The position numbers and the translations under genes are program-made. 36,848 nt of DNA from Octopus bimaculoides (taxonomy: Eukaryota), in contig NC_068988.1 of the NCBI RefSeq assembly GCF_001194135.2, positions 84,320,481 to 84,357,328 on the forward strand, read 5' to 3'. Shown piece after piece: positions 11,270 to 25,092 of this stretch. How positions within the stretch are numbered: the stretch's first letter is position 1; each line of letters opens with the position of its first letter. The notes beneath the pieces were generated by a model, which did no database searches, was not told the origin of the DNA, and saw nothing but the letters and a program-made list of their open reading frames with translations.

Positions 11270-11318
<49 letters not shown>

Positions 11319-14061
11319 TCAACAGTTTTGTTTTTCAAAGACATTTTTTTCTCCCATTCTTCACATAAGTTTTAATCCAATTTTCTTGACTGCTTTANNN
11401 NNNNNNNCCCACCTTTTTTTCCCAGTCATTCACACACACTGTTTTTTTTTGGGGGGGGGGGTATATAGTAGATATTGTTACATTACACATAACTTGTTAT
11501 ATTTTGAATTATTCATATACAGATGCTATAGTTAATCAGGAGCACAAAAATGCTATACTTACCTCACGTTCTTAATATATTCCCCCTTTCATGCACATCA
11601 TACATAAACATAATATTCTTATTTCTCTCTTCACACCTTTCTCTCTCTAATACAGGCACACATATTCAAATATCATCATTCAGTCTCATTCTCTTCCTCT
11701 ATATCAGACAGCGCTGTTGTTTCCTAAAGCTTGTAACCCGGATGAGCCTCCATTCAAAAAGTCGATGTCTGCTACAAGCTCTCGCCATTTTCATTTCCAT
11801 CCCACTATCTACTCTTACCTACTCAATGTTCTTCCTGTTATTTACAGCGCCAGTTGGGGCTATACCAATTCATCTTGTCTAGGATTTTTTTTCTTTATAA
11901 ACGTGAAGATAAGAAATCACCTAGATCATTAGTACTGTCATTGACTAGAGATGCATGAAGCATTGTTCATTAAAACATAGGGATGTACAATTTAATTTAG
12001 CATGTTTGTATACACTCACTGCAGAAATTGTCTGAAGAGAAAAATTCTCCTTATAGACAACATATGTGACTATGTACTATTTGTGGCTTAAACATAAGAA
12101 CTGGATCTTATGAACAACAGATTTAGTATCTATAACTGATGAAGTACAAAGATGCAGAGATTTGTTCTCTACATTTGGATGATGTCATTAGTGGTAGATT
12201 TTCATACATACTGTCTTTAAGAATTTTTCTCCTGGGACAATTTCCACAGCAAAGGTCTTTCCAAGCCTTAAAGTACATGAACACATTAAATATAACTGTA
12301 CACACACACATATATCATTAATATTCAAGTTACATCTCTTTACATTATGAGTTCAAATCCCAACAAGGTCATTAAAATACCAGTGAAGTGCTGGAGTTGG
12401 TTAAATCAGTTGATTGATCCCTACCCTGTAGATCGCAGATAGATTAGCCGGTTTTTTTTTTGTAAGGATTTTTGAATTACACCATCTGTTAAAATATTAT
12501 TCATGAACCCTTGAAAAGTGTTTATAAAGGTTTCTAATCAAGTTAAAGGAGAGGGTGTGATGTAAAAATCATACCAATCACTACTAACACACTCACATCA
12601 ATAGTTTAATACTTAGTAGTGTTTAGATTAGATATAGATTATATGTTTTGATACTGATTGGTTGATTGATTATTAATTGCATGTTCAAAATTCAACTATT
12701 GCTGTCTTTTTATTTTATTTGATTATTTTATTAATAATAATTTACTTTATATGCAACATTGATGTTACAAAATTTATGCAAAATACAGCAAAAACAAAAT
12801 GTAATGTATTGAGGTGGTGAAGCTATATCAATTTTTGGTTGTAGGATGACTGTAAGGTTAAAACACTGGTGAACAGACCAGATGGTCAGTGGTTCAGATC
12901 CAACCACCGTTATTGTATTGTGTCTCTGAACAAAACAAAGCTCGTTTGAACCAATTTATTTGCAAAATTAATAAAAATACAAAAACAGACTCTACTCTTA
13001 TTTAACATTTGAGTAGTTGATGGTAGGATAGAACATCCATCTATAAATATAATGCCTTCAGCAAATAAACCATCCCAATCACCTCCTACTGCATGAATAA
13101 CAAGATGTTAAGCAGTACCAAAAACAATGCTATTTTATGGAGAATCTGGATTGTTAGAGCAGTAAGATACCTGGCAGCCAAGAGAAAGGACAAAAATTCA
13201 AATTCCTGACAATACGACATGTCCATGGTGAAAATACTTAAATGTCTCATCTCCCAGACTAGCTTGTTGTAAATATCCTGTCATCAGGGATAATGGTTTC
13301 TTTGAGTTGAATTGGTCGACATTATCATAAGTTTAAAAATTAATAGATAAATTTTAGTGCTGTTAAGACAAAATACCTTGCAGTATTTCTTCTGATTCAT
13401 TGCATTCTGGGTTCAGATTCCACCAAGGTTAACTTTGCCTTTCATCCTTTTGGGGTTGTTAAAATAAGTACCAGTTGAGCTCTGAGGTTGATGTAATGGA
13501 CTTAGCTCCTGCTCCCAAAGTTGTTGGCTTTGTGCCAAAATTTGAAATCATTATTATTACTATTTTATAGATCAAGTGTGTGTGATATAAAATAATAATA
13601 ATCTTGGTAATACATTATTGATAATAATAATAATTTATATCAGAAATGAGTGGTGGTCCTTGATTGTTGGGTGCCAAGTTCATATTCTGGTATATGTGTT
13701 GTTTCCATAAACTCTAGTTGTAAATAGGTGTCACAAAACAAACAACTTGATATCAGAAATATTAATTGCATAAAACTTACAAGTTGTTTGTTAACTTATT
13801 GTTGGGCCCAAATCCTGCTATGAGCAGTATAAGTTACAGAAGAATGGGGGCTCTATCAAGCTGACGTGATCATGCATGTAATAAGAGAGACAAATAGTTT
13901 GAAAATGTGGATTAGTGTGCCTGGCTGTTATGACCAAGAGTTCCATTCTTACTTCAGCCAGTGTGTACTGTTGTTTAGCTCTGGTTCAACCTTGTTTGAG
14001 CAAGTGTTCTAATCACAACCATTTCATCTCTTTTAAGACTGTGAAATTATATTATATATCT

Positions 14062-14273
14062 ATTTCGTTATTGCCCACAAGGGGCTAAACATAGAGGGAA
14101 CAAACAAGAACAGACGAACGGATTAAGTCGATTGCATCGACCCCAGTGCGTAACTGGTACTTAATTTATCGACCCCGAAAGGATGAAAGGCAAAGTCGAC
14201 CTCGGCGGAATTTGAACTCAGAACGTAACGGCAGACGAAATACCGCTAAGCATTTCGCCCGGCGTGCTAACGA
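14062..14273 (-). mobile_element. Young SINE copy, family A, with CpGs retained
   Basis: The minus strand reads gttagcacgccgggcgaaatgcttagcggtatttcg...gagttcaaattccgccgaggtcgactttgcctttcatcctttcggggtcgataaattaagtaccag, with a B-box-like gagttcaaatt. The core resembles MetaSINE-type central domains (unverified). Confidence 0.8.
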
Positions 14274-14984
14274 TCCTTGGCCTTACATAAACCAATAGAG
14301 TTCAGTTTAAGGAATATTGTGATGGTAGTTCTAGCAGGTCAAGTGACTGTGTTAGGTTCTTGTACTGGCTTTGTATGTGCTTATGGCAGCGGTATAATGT
14401 GATTATCTCATTTGAAACTAAGTTTCATGTTTCACTTTTTATTTTCATCATTTATTTATTTGTTATATTAGGATTTATTCCCTTCTCTCATTTAAAATGG
14501 TTTTTTGTTATTGATTCTTCTTTAAATTTTCCTTTGTTTAATGAAAACACAAGTGAAGTGATCTAACATTTTAATTTTTGGGTTAAATCTTAAATCTTAA
14601 AAAATTTTTTTTTTTCTCTATAAAACATGTGTTTAATACATTTTTTTTTTTCCATCATATGAATTTTCTTTGTTTTGTTTTTAATTGAAGAACATCCTTT
14701 TGTTAACTGCTTTAATATTAGTGTGAGTCCATGTGTGTGGGGAGATTAGCTGAATTAATATAATGTGAGACTAAATGCTTTCTAGCATTTCGTTTAAGCC
14801 TTTTGTATTCTGAGTTCAAATCCTGACAGCCAATTTCACTTTTCATTTTCCAGGGGTCAATGGAATAGGTGCCATTTAACAACAGGGTTGATTGCCATCA
14901 CCCACCAAATGTCAAACCTTATATCTCTGTTACAAATTAATAAATCTGTATGTACAGTTACACACACACGGATAGGTGCAAACA

Positions 14985-15310
14985 TGGGTGTGTGGGAAGA
15001 AGTTTACTTCCCAACAACATAGTTTTGCTTTCAGTCCCACTACATAATACCTTGGGCAAGTGTCTTCTACAACGCCAGGCTGACCAAAGCCTTTTGTGTG
15101 TCTATCTGTCTCTCCTTGTCTTGACATTATGTGTTAGTTGGAAATGATTTGTCAATGTCACATAATCAATGTCATTCATTTCCAATATTCTGAGAGAACA
15201 TGTCTAGCCATGGGGAAATATTACCTTACTTGAAAACAGGTGATGGTTGGCAACAGGACAGGCATCGTGCCATAGAAAATCTGCCTCAATAAACTATGTC
15301 CAATGCATGG
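14985..15310 (+). mobile_element. CORE-like SINE (family B head) joined to an RTE-type tail
   Basis: ttcagtcccac...accttgggcaagtgtcttcta...gaccaaagcctt matches the 36190-36468 family. It ends in aaaagtgggtgttaaaatgat. Confidence 0.65.
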
Positions 15311-15364
15311 AAAAGTGGGTGTTAAAATGATATATGTTTCATTTTTCCATACTTTTTTTTTTTG

Positions 15365-17150
15365 TTGAATGAGTCATTTTCAGCACATGATCATACATTT
15401 TTTTCCTATTGTCATTTCCTTCATAAGGTTTAACTTCCTGAAGTCAGCTTTCAACATATTTTTTTCCTGGTTTTCCTTTTCTGCAAACTCTTTCCACTTC
15501 GGTCACTTAGCTCTTTGCTACACAGCTGGCATTCTCATCATACGTCTGTACCAGTTCACTCTTCTCTTTTGTACACATCTGATTATTTACCCAATGCTTG
15601 CTTCATTTGCTTTTACCTTTTGCACTGTCTCTGCATTCAGTGTATAATTTTTGCCAACCATCAACATCACATTCAACACACAAATTCAACATCATATTCA
15701 ACACACAATCTGGCTCTTTGAACTTACGTTATTTGTAGAACTGCAGGTGCTAGCACAAATTTATGCAATCTGTACTTATAGTTTGTGTGTAAAATTTACA
15801 TCCATTGTCTAAATAAATGTACTGAACATCTTAATTAAATTATATTGAATACCATTTAATAATACAATATACGCACCAAATATAACAATTAAATAGCATA
15901 TAAATAAGCATGTAATCATCTCATTCTTACTCTAGTTGCTACACTTTCTGAACACCCTCCTCCACTGCTAATTAGGTCACCTAGGTAACAGAAGGTATCA
16001 ATTATTTCTGGAGCCATCTGTGCATTTGAAAGAAATTATCTAGTAGTGCTCTTAGTGCTAACTACTCTTGTGTATCTGCTAACTATGAAGTCTGTCTCTC
16101 TCAGACTGATGTAATCCCACAGCACCTCTTTTGTATTCATAAATTATATTGTCTGCTCCACATGGAACTCCAGCTTACTCTTTTTCTGTATATTAAACAT
16201 GGCCACATCCTAGATGGATGTAAAATCTTTCCTGCAAACTTTTCTCTTTGAAGATCTCTCCATTCTTAGCTTTCCTTCCATGTTTGAAATTTCTTCTAAT
16301 TCTTGGACAGATTCAGCTATTAGAAGTAGGCTTACAGAAGTTCTCACAGACAGCCAATCTTAAACTGTTGTTATACCATTAAGAATTATAACAAGCAATT
16401 GGTGGATGAGAATTAAACCCTGATAGACACTTTCTTAAACACTAACTTCTGCTCTGAATCTATTGCTAAGTCACACCTTCTCTGTACATATCTTGTACAG
16501 CTCTCATAAGTCATTTGTCTATACTTTGTTTTCTTAGTGACCACCTGACTTCAGAGTGTAGTACCTTGTTAAAAGCCTTCTCCAGGTCAGTGAGTACTAA
16601 GTATTGTGGCTTGTTCTTTTCTGAGAACTTCTTAAAGTTGTTTCACTTGGAAGAAGCTATCAATGGTACTTACCATAGAACAAACTCAAACAGCATCTCA
16701 GCCATACTAATTTTCTTAATGCGATTTGGTTTATCTGTTTGATGCCTCAGTAGTTGCTTCTTTCTTGAGCATCTCCTTTGCCCTTGTATCAGTCAATGAC
16801 ACTGCTGCTGTGACTGTCAAATAGATATATTTCCACTTCAAGTGCTATCTGATCAACCTCTCCCTCCTACATATTTCCTTCACTTTGTAACCTCTTATAA
16901 TTGCCTTCCTATGCTTCCTTCTCTTCTGAATCATTACATACACATTTCATCAATGTAATTCATAATGATACATTGCTTTGCAATCCAGAACACGTTATGC
17001 TTCTGACTCCCATACCACAAAAAATTCTCCTACTTGCCATTTACCTTTCCTGCTAAGTACATCAAGCTTCTCTTCTAGTGACTCGAAATTGTTTCTTGCT
17101 CCTCTCCTTTTTTATACTTTCATGTCTATCTTTTAGCTTTTCTGGTTCCA
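15365..17150 (-). mobile_element. Old, heavily decayed RTE-type LINE of a diverged subfamily
   Basis: Minus-strand fragments: EKNKPQYLVLTDLEKAFNKV (RT), LLIAESVQELEENFK, WPCLIYRK..QKRCCGI (finger remnant), DTFCYLGDLISSGGGCSE and IRCVQKRRVNWY...GKP. It has many stops and frameshifts. A separate RTE 3' ORF scrap lies at about 17165-17350. Confidence 0.75.
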
Positions 17151-18103
17151 TCAACTGTACCATATCATAACAATTCTTTCTGTGTTGGAGAGGATCCATC
17201 CAACCTATACAAGATTGTCACCTGTGTTCCTATGTCATCTCCTTTGTGAGGTTCATTATCTCAAGATCAGCTTTCACCGTTTGCTTCATTTCTCTCTACC
17301 CTATACATGCCGTCTATGTACAATGCTCATTTCTCATTACCTTATACCATCACAAACAATGACATGACTACACTTCAGAAGATAAATATGACTGTATTCT
17401 TTCTAGAAAAGGGTTTTTTTTTGTTGTTGTTTACACATTTTATTATAAGTTATTACAATGTAACCCATGAGTATGACCTGCTCAAGGAGAACATTGCCAT
17501 ACAGTAGTGACATGGCATGGTTCAAGAAGAGCCACAAAAGGATATGCCATGTCCTTTTGTGCTGCAGCTGGTGTGATTGATTGATTGATTGATGGTCAAA
17601 AGATGTACACAGCTGATATCACTTCTATTGTGTACTGTTCCAATAACATAAGCATTAGTGCTATTGATACAGCTGATATTACAAAATGACATAGCATGAT
17701 TGTGTGTGTATGTACAAATAAATATATATATGCAACAACATATATATAAACAAACTTATATTTTTTTTTTTAGAAGTGTCGAATGTGTATTGTATTATGC
17801 AGACAAGAAAGCAATATTTCAAGTGCAGTATTGCCATGAAAACAGCAGAAAAAGTGCAAGGTAGAAAAAGTTGTCAACGAACAGGGCTGTTTGTTGACAA
17901 CTTTATTCAATCTTGCAAGTGTAATAATACCCAAATTTTCTGCTGTTTTCTTGGCAATACTGTGTTCAAAATATTACTTTCTTGGCCATATATGTATACA
18001 CACACACAATAAAAATAACAGCACAGCTTTGTTTTGAATAAATGTGTATATTGAAATTATATATAATGTTTTATAAGCACATTTAGTTTCACTGTATAAA
18101 CCT

Positions 18104-18245
18104 GAGTGGCCTAGTGGTTAGGGTGTTGGGTTCATAATCATAAGGATGCAGATTTAGTTCCTGGGCCAGGTGATGTGTTGTTTCCTTGGGTAAGGCACTT
18201 CATTCCACATTGCTCCTGTCTCCTCGGTTGAAATAAGTACCAGCC
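18104..18245 (+). mobile_element. Decayed tRNA-derived SINE head with CORE-like segment
   Basis: A-box-like tggcctagtggtta, followed by ccttgggtaaggcactt resembling the CORE motif. Confidence 0.5.
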
Positions 18246-19391
18246 AAGAGGATGTCTATATATATACATGCAACTATATAGGCACCTAAACCAACTGGTG
18301 AAACCATAGTACACATTACCAAGTATTACTTACTGTGGGTGATAGCTATTGTTTGTAGTTTTACTGTGAAAATACCACCAGTGGATAAATCACAAGAGCA
18401 TTGGTAGCTAAGAGTAAAGAATTGGTGAATGTTTTGTTTTTTTCCAGACCTATCTATAGTTATAGTTTCACCAAGTAGCTGAACATACACTCATTAACTA
18501 TATTGTATATGATTTCCATATTCACATTTATTCATAACCACGTGCTGGTGTAAATGATATTGCACCAGTAATAGTTTGTTAATTACACCAGTTATGGTTT
18601 GCACTAGTAACGGTTCGTTAATGTTTTTCATAAAGAGACATAGTTTTTGTAACTGCAGCATTTGAGAAGTGAAGTAAGAGATGGCTGGGGAGCCTTGACA
18701 AAGGTGAATCATGTCTGCTGGTTCCTTACTCTCTCAACTGTCAAAGAACGTGGCTTATTTAGAGGATATAACTTTACTACAACACTTTTTTCTTTCCTAA
18801 AAAGAGAAGAAAAAAAACACTATCTTGTATACTTTAACATACAGGGACACACACACGTTAACTATATAAGAGAAGGAAGGTCCTCTTAATATATGAAGCA
18901 GATTTTTTTTCTGTTTATTCACAGGAAACTTTTGGTTTACTTTGTTGCTATTCTTTATCGTTTCATTTCTTACATTTTTAAAATATAGCAAAGATTATGG
19001 TGGCATTGAATCAGTCTGTAAAACCAGTGAGTTGGTAATGGCAGTCTGAGATATCATTTCATACATGATGTGAATTAACAGCTAAGGTTTAAACATATTT
19101 GTAAAAATTAATTTTTTTCACAAATGAAAAATAACCTCTCTAACAGAGGATCAACCATATATAGAGATTGAAACTGATATTACATTGAGTCTGCAGTTGT
19201 GACACTTTCTCATTCCTGTCGTTGGATTTGATGGTGTTTTTTTTTTAATTTTGTATTGTCAGTTTGAGCTTGAAAAAAGTATAATGTTTTGTGCAGGTGT
19301 GTTTGTAATTATTATATTTATTTCCCTTTTGCTATGTGTTTATATATGACTGTATACATGTATAATATTCTGTTTACTATTTAAATTACAG

Positions 19392-19489
19392 CCAAAAATT
19401 ATGAAATAGAACGAGAATCCATTCAGCTTGAAGAAATCTTAGGTGAGGGGCAGTTTGGTGATGTGTATCGGGGCTTATTCTATGATAAG
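19392..19489 (+). CDS. PTK2: FAK kinase exon, subdomain I: (A)KNYEIERESIQLEEILGEGQFGDVYRGLFYDK
   Basis: ttacag and gtgagt junctions; GEGQFG P-loop; 98 nt, phase 1-0. Confidence 0.97.
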
Positions 19490-19981
19490 GTGAGTAACAT
19501 CACTTATTGGTTTTATGAAACTTTTTTATATCTCTATTGGTTTTAATACAATTAAAGGCATTGTTTTGATAAATCAGGATGAATCCACAACCTGTAGATA
19601 TTGTTTCAATTACACTGTGTAACACGATTTTTGTCCTTGGGTAGTAACTGCTATTTCCTATTTGCTTACTGCTAGAAAGTATGAAAAATGGCTAATATTT
19701 CCTTCAAACTTTGCTTTTGTTAAATTTATTCAAACATCAAAGAATCTCTCTCAACACATAATTGTGATGCTCCCCCACCACTAAGGGACATGTTCAAGTC
19801 AAACAAATCTGTGGTATTGAGCAGAATATTTGCAATCTATCTGTTTGGCTTCTTCCTTGTGATTGTGAGCCCAACAGATAGATTATGCAGACACATAATT
19901 TTTACAAGTTTTAATGTGTGTGTGTGTTTTTTTTTTTTTGTGTGAATAATAATTTTAATATTGTGCAAATTCCATTTGTAG

Positions 19982-20066
19982 GACAAGAAGGAAATTCCAG
20001 TTGCTGTGAAGACTTGTAAAGAAGATGATGAAAACTTAATGACTGAGAAATTTCTAGAAGAAGCTT
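19982..20066 (+). CDS. PTK2: FAK kinase exon, subdomains II-III: DKKEIPVAVKTCKEDDENLMTEKFLEEA
   Basis: ttgtag and gtaagt junctions; VAVK catalytic lysine and alphaC glutamate; 85 nt, phase 0-1. Confidence 0.97.
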
Positions 20067-20660
20067 GTAAGTTAAATTGATTTTATCTTTAAACAATTAT
20101 TCCGACCATGTTAATACCTAACTTTGGTAACAGAAAAACCTCTCATCAGGCAGTCAAATTGTATTGGTAATTATTTTATTGATCTCTATTTATCTATCAA
20201 ATAGCTAAGTTACAGTTTTGGCTGCAACACAATACACTGGTTGTCTGTGTGTGTGGTGGTGAAGGGTATAAGATATTGGTTACCTCAACACTATAGCTGA
20301 AATCATATACTGAAGGTGCTATACTGTGAGACTGAACCCACTGCTTTGGGTAGATATTTTCTACTATAGCTCCAGGTCAGTCAGAAGCCTGTAAGTGAAT
20401 TTGGTACATGGAAACTGCAAAATACCTATTGTGTGTGTGTGGACATCTGTATCTGAAAATATTTACATTCTGCTTTTGCATGAAAAATAACTGACTTGCA
20501 GGGAGTGTTTGTTGCCATTTCCCTATCATCAAATCATTTGGTTGGTTTACACTTAGGAAGAAAAGTGTAATTTAAAACTCTCTTGGGGTGAGGGAATGCA
20601 TAAGTCAGTATGTATTTGCCTAATCCATGCTAATATGAAAAGGCTGACATAAAACGAATT

Positions 20661-20713
<53 letters not shown>

Positions 20714-21045
20714 AACTGGAGGTGGGGAATCTGTTGCAGCTACTTTCGAAAATTGTAGTTTATATATATAAAACTGAGAATGTGTCTGTATGTGTGAATC
20801 ACTAAAACTCGAGAACTACCAAACCGATTTCATTCAAATTTTACACATGCCTTACTTAGGGTCCATGGAGTGTCTTGGGCCAAGAAAAGTTTTGAACTTT
20901 TTGCCTAATGCGAGCCCGGAGCAATCTCTTATCTCTGTTTCTGTATTATGTGTAAAAAGTGAAACAATAACATCTCTATTGTAATGTGATATAATAGTTT
21001 CACTGTTATAAGGTTTCAATTTCAATTTTAGTTTCATTATGTGTG

Positions 21046-21078
<33 letters not shown>

Positions 21079-21114
21079 TAGTTTCATTTTTATTAGTTTC
21101 ACTATGTATTTATA

Positions 21115-21520
21115 TACGACATTGCTGTGTGCTTAGATGCTTGCTTCCCAACCACATGTCCCAGGTTCAGTNNNNNNNNNNNNNNNNNNNNNNNNNNNNN
21201 NNNNNNNNNNNNNNNNNNNNNNNNNNNNNNNNNNNNNNNNNNNNNNNNNNNNNNNNNNNNNNNNNNNNNNNNNNNNNNNNNNTATATATATATATATATA
21301 TATATATTTATGTGTGTGTGTTAGTGTCTGTTTGTTCCCCCACAACCATCACTTAGGATCCGATGTTGCTGTCTTTATGCCCCTGTAACTTAGCAGTTCA
21401 GAAGAAGATATCGATGGAATAAGCACCAGGCTTACAAAGAATACGTCCAGGGGTCAATTTTTTTAACTAAAAGGCAGTACTCCAGCATGGCCACACTCAA
21501 ATGACTGAAACAAATAAGAG
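21115..21520 (+). mobile_element. SINE family B copy spanning an N-gap
   Basis: gcttgcttcccaaccacatgtcccaggttcagt before the gap; (TA)n(TG)n, the body and a tail ...atgactgaaacaaataagag after it. Partial copies at about 20330-20440 and 24955-25092. Confidence 0.7.
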
Positions 21521-21521
21521 A

Positions 21522-21918
21522 GTGCCACCAGCACGAGGGCCAGTCAGGTGGTACTGGCAACGGCCACGCTCAAATGGTGTTTTTTACATGCCACCTGCAC
21601 AGGAGCCAGTCAGCGGCCCTAGCAACGATCACGCTTGGATGGTGCTCTTAATGTTCCACTATCATGGATGCCAGTCAGGCGGTGCTGTCATCAGCCACGT
21701 CAGTGAATTTGATTTCAATTTCACTTGCCTCAACAGGTCTTCGCAAGCAGCATTTAGTGTCCAATGAAAGAAAGGTACACATAAGTGGACTGGTTACACC
21801 ACTGGCATAAGCCACAGGTTATGGTCTCGCTTGGCTTGCTGAGTCTTCTCAAGCACAGCATATTTCCAAAGATCTCAGTCACTAGTCATTGCCTCGGTGA
21901 GGCCTAATGTTTGAAGGG
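21522..21918 (-). mobile_element. RTE 3' UTR fragment carrying the roughly 64-bp repeat units
   Basis: ctggcaacggccacgctc and ctagcaacgatcacgctt are reverse complements of the gagcgtg(a/g)tcgttgccag units at 34414-34624. Confidence 0.8.
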
Positions 21919-21974
21919 AAATACCTTTTCCTTAAGCACATCCAATGTAGACACCATGTGTCCACATTGCAGTA

Positions 21975-22215
21975 CATGCTGTTACAGGATGTTATTCAAT
22001 GGTAAGGTGCCATTTCCAACTTGTAGCAGTTGATGAAAGAATTCCTCAGCTAAGGGGTTGTTGTAGAGATGAGCTTGCATATTGTTGCTTAATGAAAGCT
22101 GACAAACAAACCTCCATAGAGGTGAAAACTTCAGACACACATAGATGTCGTCAGCTTGCATACCCTGTGGTATGACTGGTAATATTTGATGGAAATCCCC
22201 ATGCGAGGACAACAG
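21975..22215 (-). mobile_element. Helitron PIF1-like helicase fragment
   Basis: GDFHQILPVIPQGMQADDIYVCLKFSPLW...LSLSNNM...LLQVGNG matches the Helitron/PIF1 signature GDFRQILPV...CLK.S.LW....L..NMR....LL.IG.G. Confidence 0.8.
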
Positions 22216-22636
22216 TTAAGCCTTCCCCCCCCCCCCCATAACGGCAGTATTGTTTCTAATATCCCTTAATGACATATCTAGGGCTTCTAGGGCTCAGTTA
22301 GATGCACTTAGGAATCCAGCCCGAAATTCTATTGATGGTTGCTTCTGCTAGAACCCTTTGGAGGTGATCCCTAAAGGCTCTACTTTCGTGACCCTCTCAG
22401 TAATTGTGGGTGGAGAAGATTGATGGATGGTTTCCCTGTTCGTGCTGAACAGCAGAAGACAGCAAGAGCAAACTTCTAGCATGGAATTTGAACTAATGGA
22501 AACATATACAAAATAGTAATAGGCTATGAGATATTTACTCCATTTAAGATGTTAAGTGTTTTTTACTTTGTAATACTATTTGCAAATGTGTGTATGTATT
22601 ATATATTTTTTTAATGAAAACTTGATGACCTTGTAA

Positions 22637-23047
<411 letters not shown>

Positions 23048-24269
23048 TAACTGGATTTCTTTCTCAAAATTTGGTAGTCTTGAAGCCTTTTTCAGTGATG
23101 TTAATAGCTCGATAGTTATTCATGTGAATATATCAACATATCTAACACAGTACTATGTAAGCTAAGGCAAGGTGCATCACTCTAACTGCAAGTACAGTGA
23201 ATGTTATAGTATTGAGATACAAACCTATTTGTAAAATATCCCCAATGTTTACTAACATATTCTGACATAGGTACATGGCCATACTTCAGTCATATGGCAC
23301 AGGTTCTCTGTACATTTTGTACAAGTGCCTTCTATCATAGAACTATGTCAATAAATACCTTGTGAATTGAATTTGATAGATGGGAACTCTGCAAAATATT
23401 GTCATCATTTTATGTCCACTTTCCATACTGGAATAGGTTAACACTTTCGTTACCAATTTTCTGCTGAGCTACACCATCTGTTTCAATTAATTTTGAAAAT
23501 AACAAAGAATTTAGTACAATAACATCACCTTTATTAAGCTTGTTTTTTGGAACATAAATTAATATGTAATTTTGATGGAAAGTTTTAATTTCGATCATAG
23601 TCAGATGCAGTTTTTGTCTCAGTCTGTCATTTCTTATTGCTCTCATTGACTGGTGCTTGTAGGTCTCACTTTGACTTGATTTCTGTAGGTGTATGTCCTT
23701 CCTGTCACCCATGGACAAGAAAGTTCGATAAGCCCTAGGTGACATGTATTTAAAGGGCTGTCACAGCCTTGCACTTTCACTGATCATTTGCTATCCACTC
23801 TACAGTGTATAGTGGTTCTATTTTTCATGGTACCAGCACTATGGAGGTTGTCAAAATCTCTGTGAAACAGGACTAAGGGGCTTCTCAACCTTACTTCATG
23901 TGCACTGGCTCACCAGTCGTTCTATAAGTATAATAATCATCATTATTTAATACCCGTTTTCAATGTTGGCTTAGATTGGACGGTTTGAGAGGATCTGACG
24001 AGTTGCAGGACTACGTCGAGATCCAGTGTCAGCCGCAGCCGACCCATGTGTGTTTATATAAATTTTTAAATACCGTCTTGCAATTATAAGTTGATGGGAA
24101 GTAACTCTCTTATGGTACGTAACTCGGGTGAATATTTAGCCATTAGGATTAATATAATTGACTGAGTGTTTCTACTTAGCTGCAGTTTAGTGATTGATTC
24201 TAGTAAAATAATACACACTTCACTGTATCTAAAATGTTAATTTTCTTACTGTTTTCGTGTATCTTTCAG

Positions 24270-24385
24270 ATGCGGGCTTATTTACAAAACAATAAACAAC
24301 GTCTGGATCAAGTAACATTGATTAAATATGCTTATCAATTGAGTACAGCTCTATCTTATTTAGAAAGTAAAAAGTTTGTTCACCG
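24270..24385 (+). CDS. PTK2: FAK kinase exon, subdomain VIa: MRAYLQNNKQRLDQVTLIKYAYQLSTALSYLESKKFVH(R)
   Basis: tttcag and gtaaga junctions; YAYQLSTAL.YLESK.FVHR is FAK-typical; 116 nt, phase 0-2. Absent from the ORF track. Confidence 0.97.
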
Positions 24386-25092
24386 GTAAGAATTAGATTT
24401 TTTTTTTTTTAGAAAGACATCTGTTTAATGTGAACTTATTATTGTATCTTATATAAATTTGGCAGGATATGTGATTTGAGAAAGTATATGCATGCACAAG
24501 GACTGATTGAAGACTGATCTGTGTGGTTGCTTAACCTGTTAGAAATAAAAACCAAATCTTCAAACCACCCTACAATCTTACAAACAAATGACTCATCAGA
24601 TGCGGTTGCCTATAGTCTAAACAAAAAAGTAGTGGGATCATTATGGCTGGAATTCTGATGATAGGTTTGCATGATTGACTGTGGCTTGGAACTAAACAAC
24701 AACAGCCAGTATGCATGAAGTTAGAGTGGTTATGGTTATACTTATGTGAGTTCCAAAAGTGAGTATACAGTGAAAATTCTTAGTCATGCAAGAGAGATAT
24801 TTGCTGTGTGAGTCACAAAGGTTGTATGGTTAAGATGTGTAGCTCTACACACTACACTGGCCATTCTATAGGGGCATATAACCCTGTATCCTTTAGTTCT
24901 CCAGACTACCAAAACCAAGTTTCACTCCGTTCTTCATGGCTAGTGGAAGGTCCAGGAGCATGATCCAGTTGCTGGTTTCAAGTGCTGTCCGACAGCATAG
25001 CACATTGGACAAAGTGTCTTCTGATAGTTGCAGGATCATCAAAGCCTTCTGAGTGGATTTGGTAGACAAATTGAAAGAAGCTCATCATATAC

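Noticed and set aside
23410-23745. 111-aa minus-strand ORF
   Set aside because: No motif I recognise; it may be decayed transposon sequence, but I cannot support a call.
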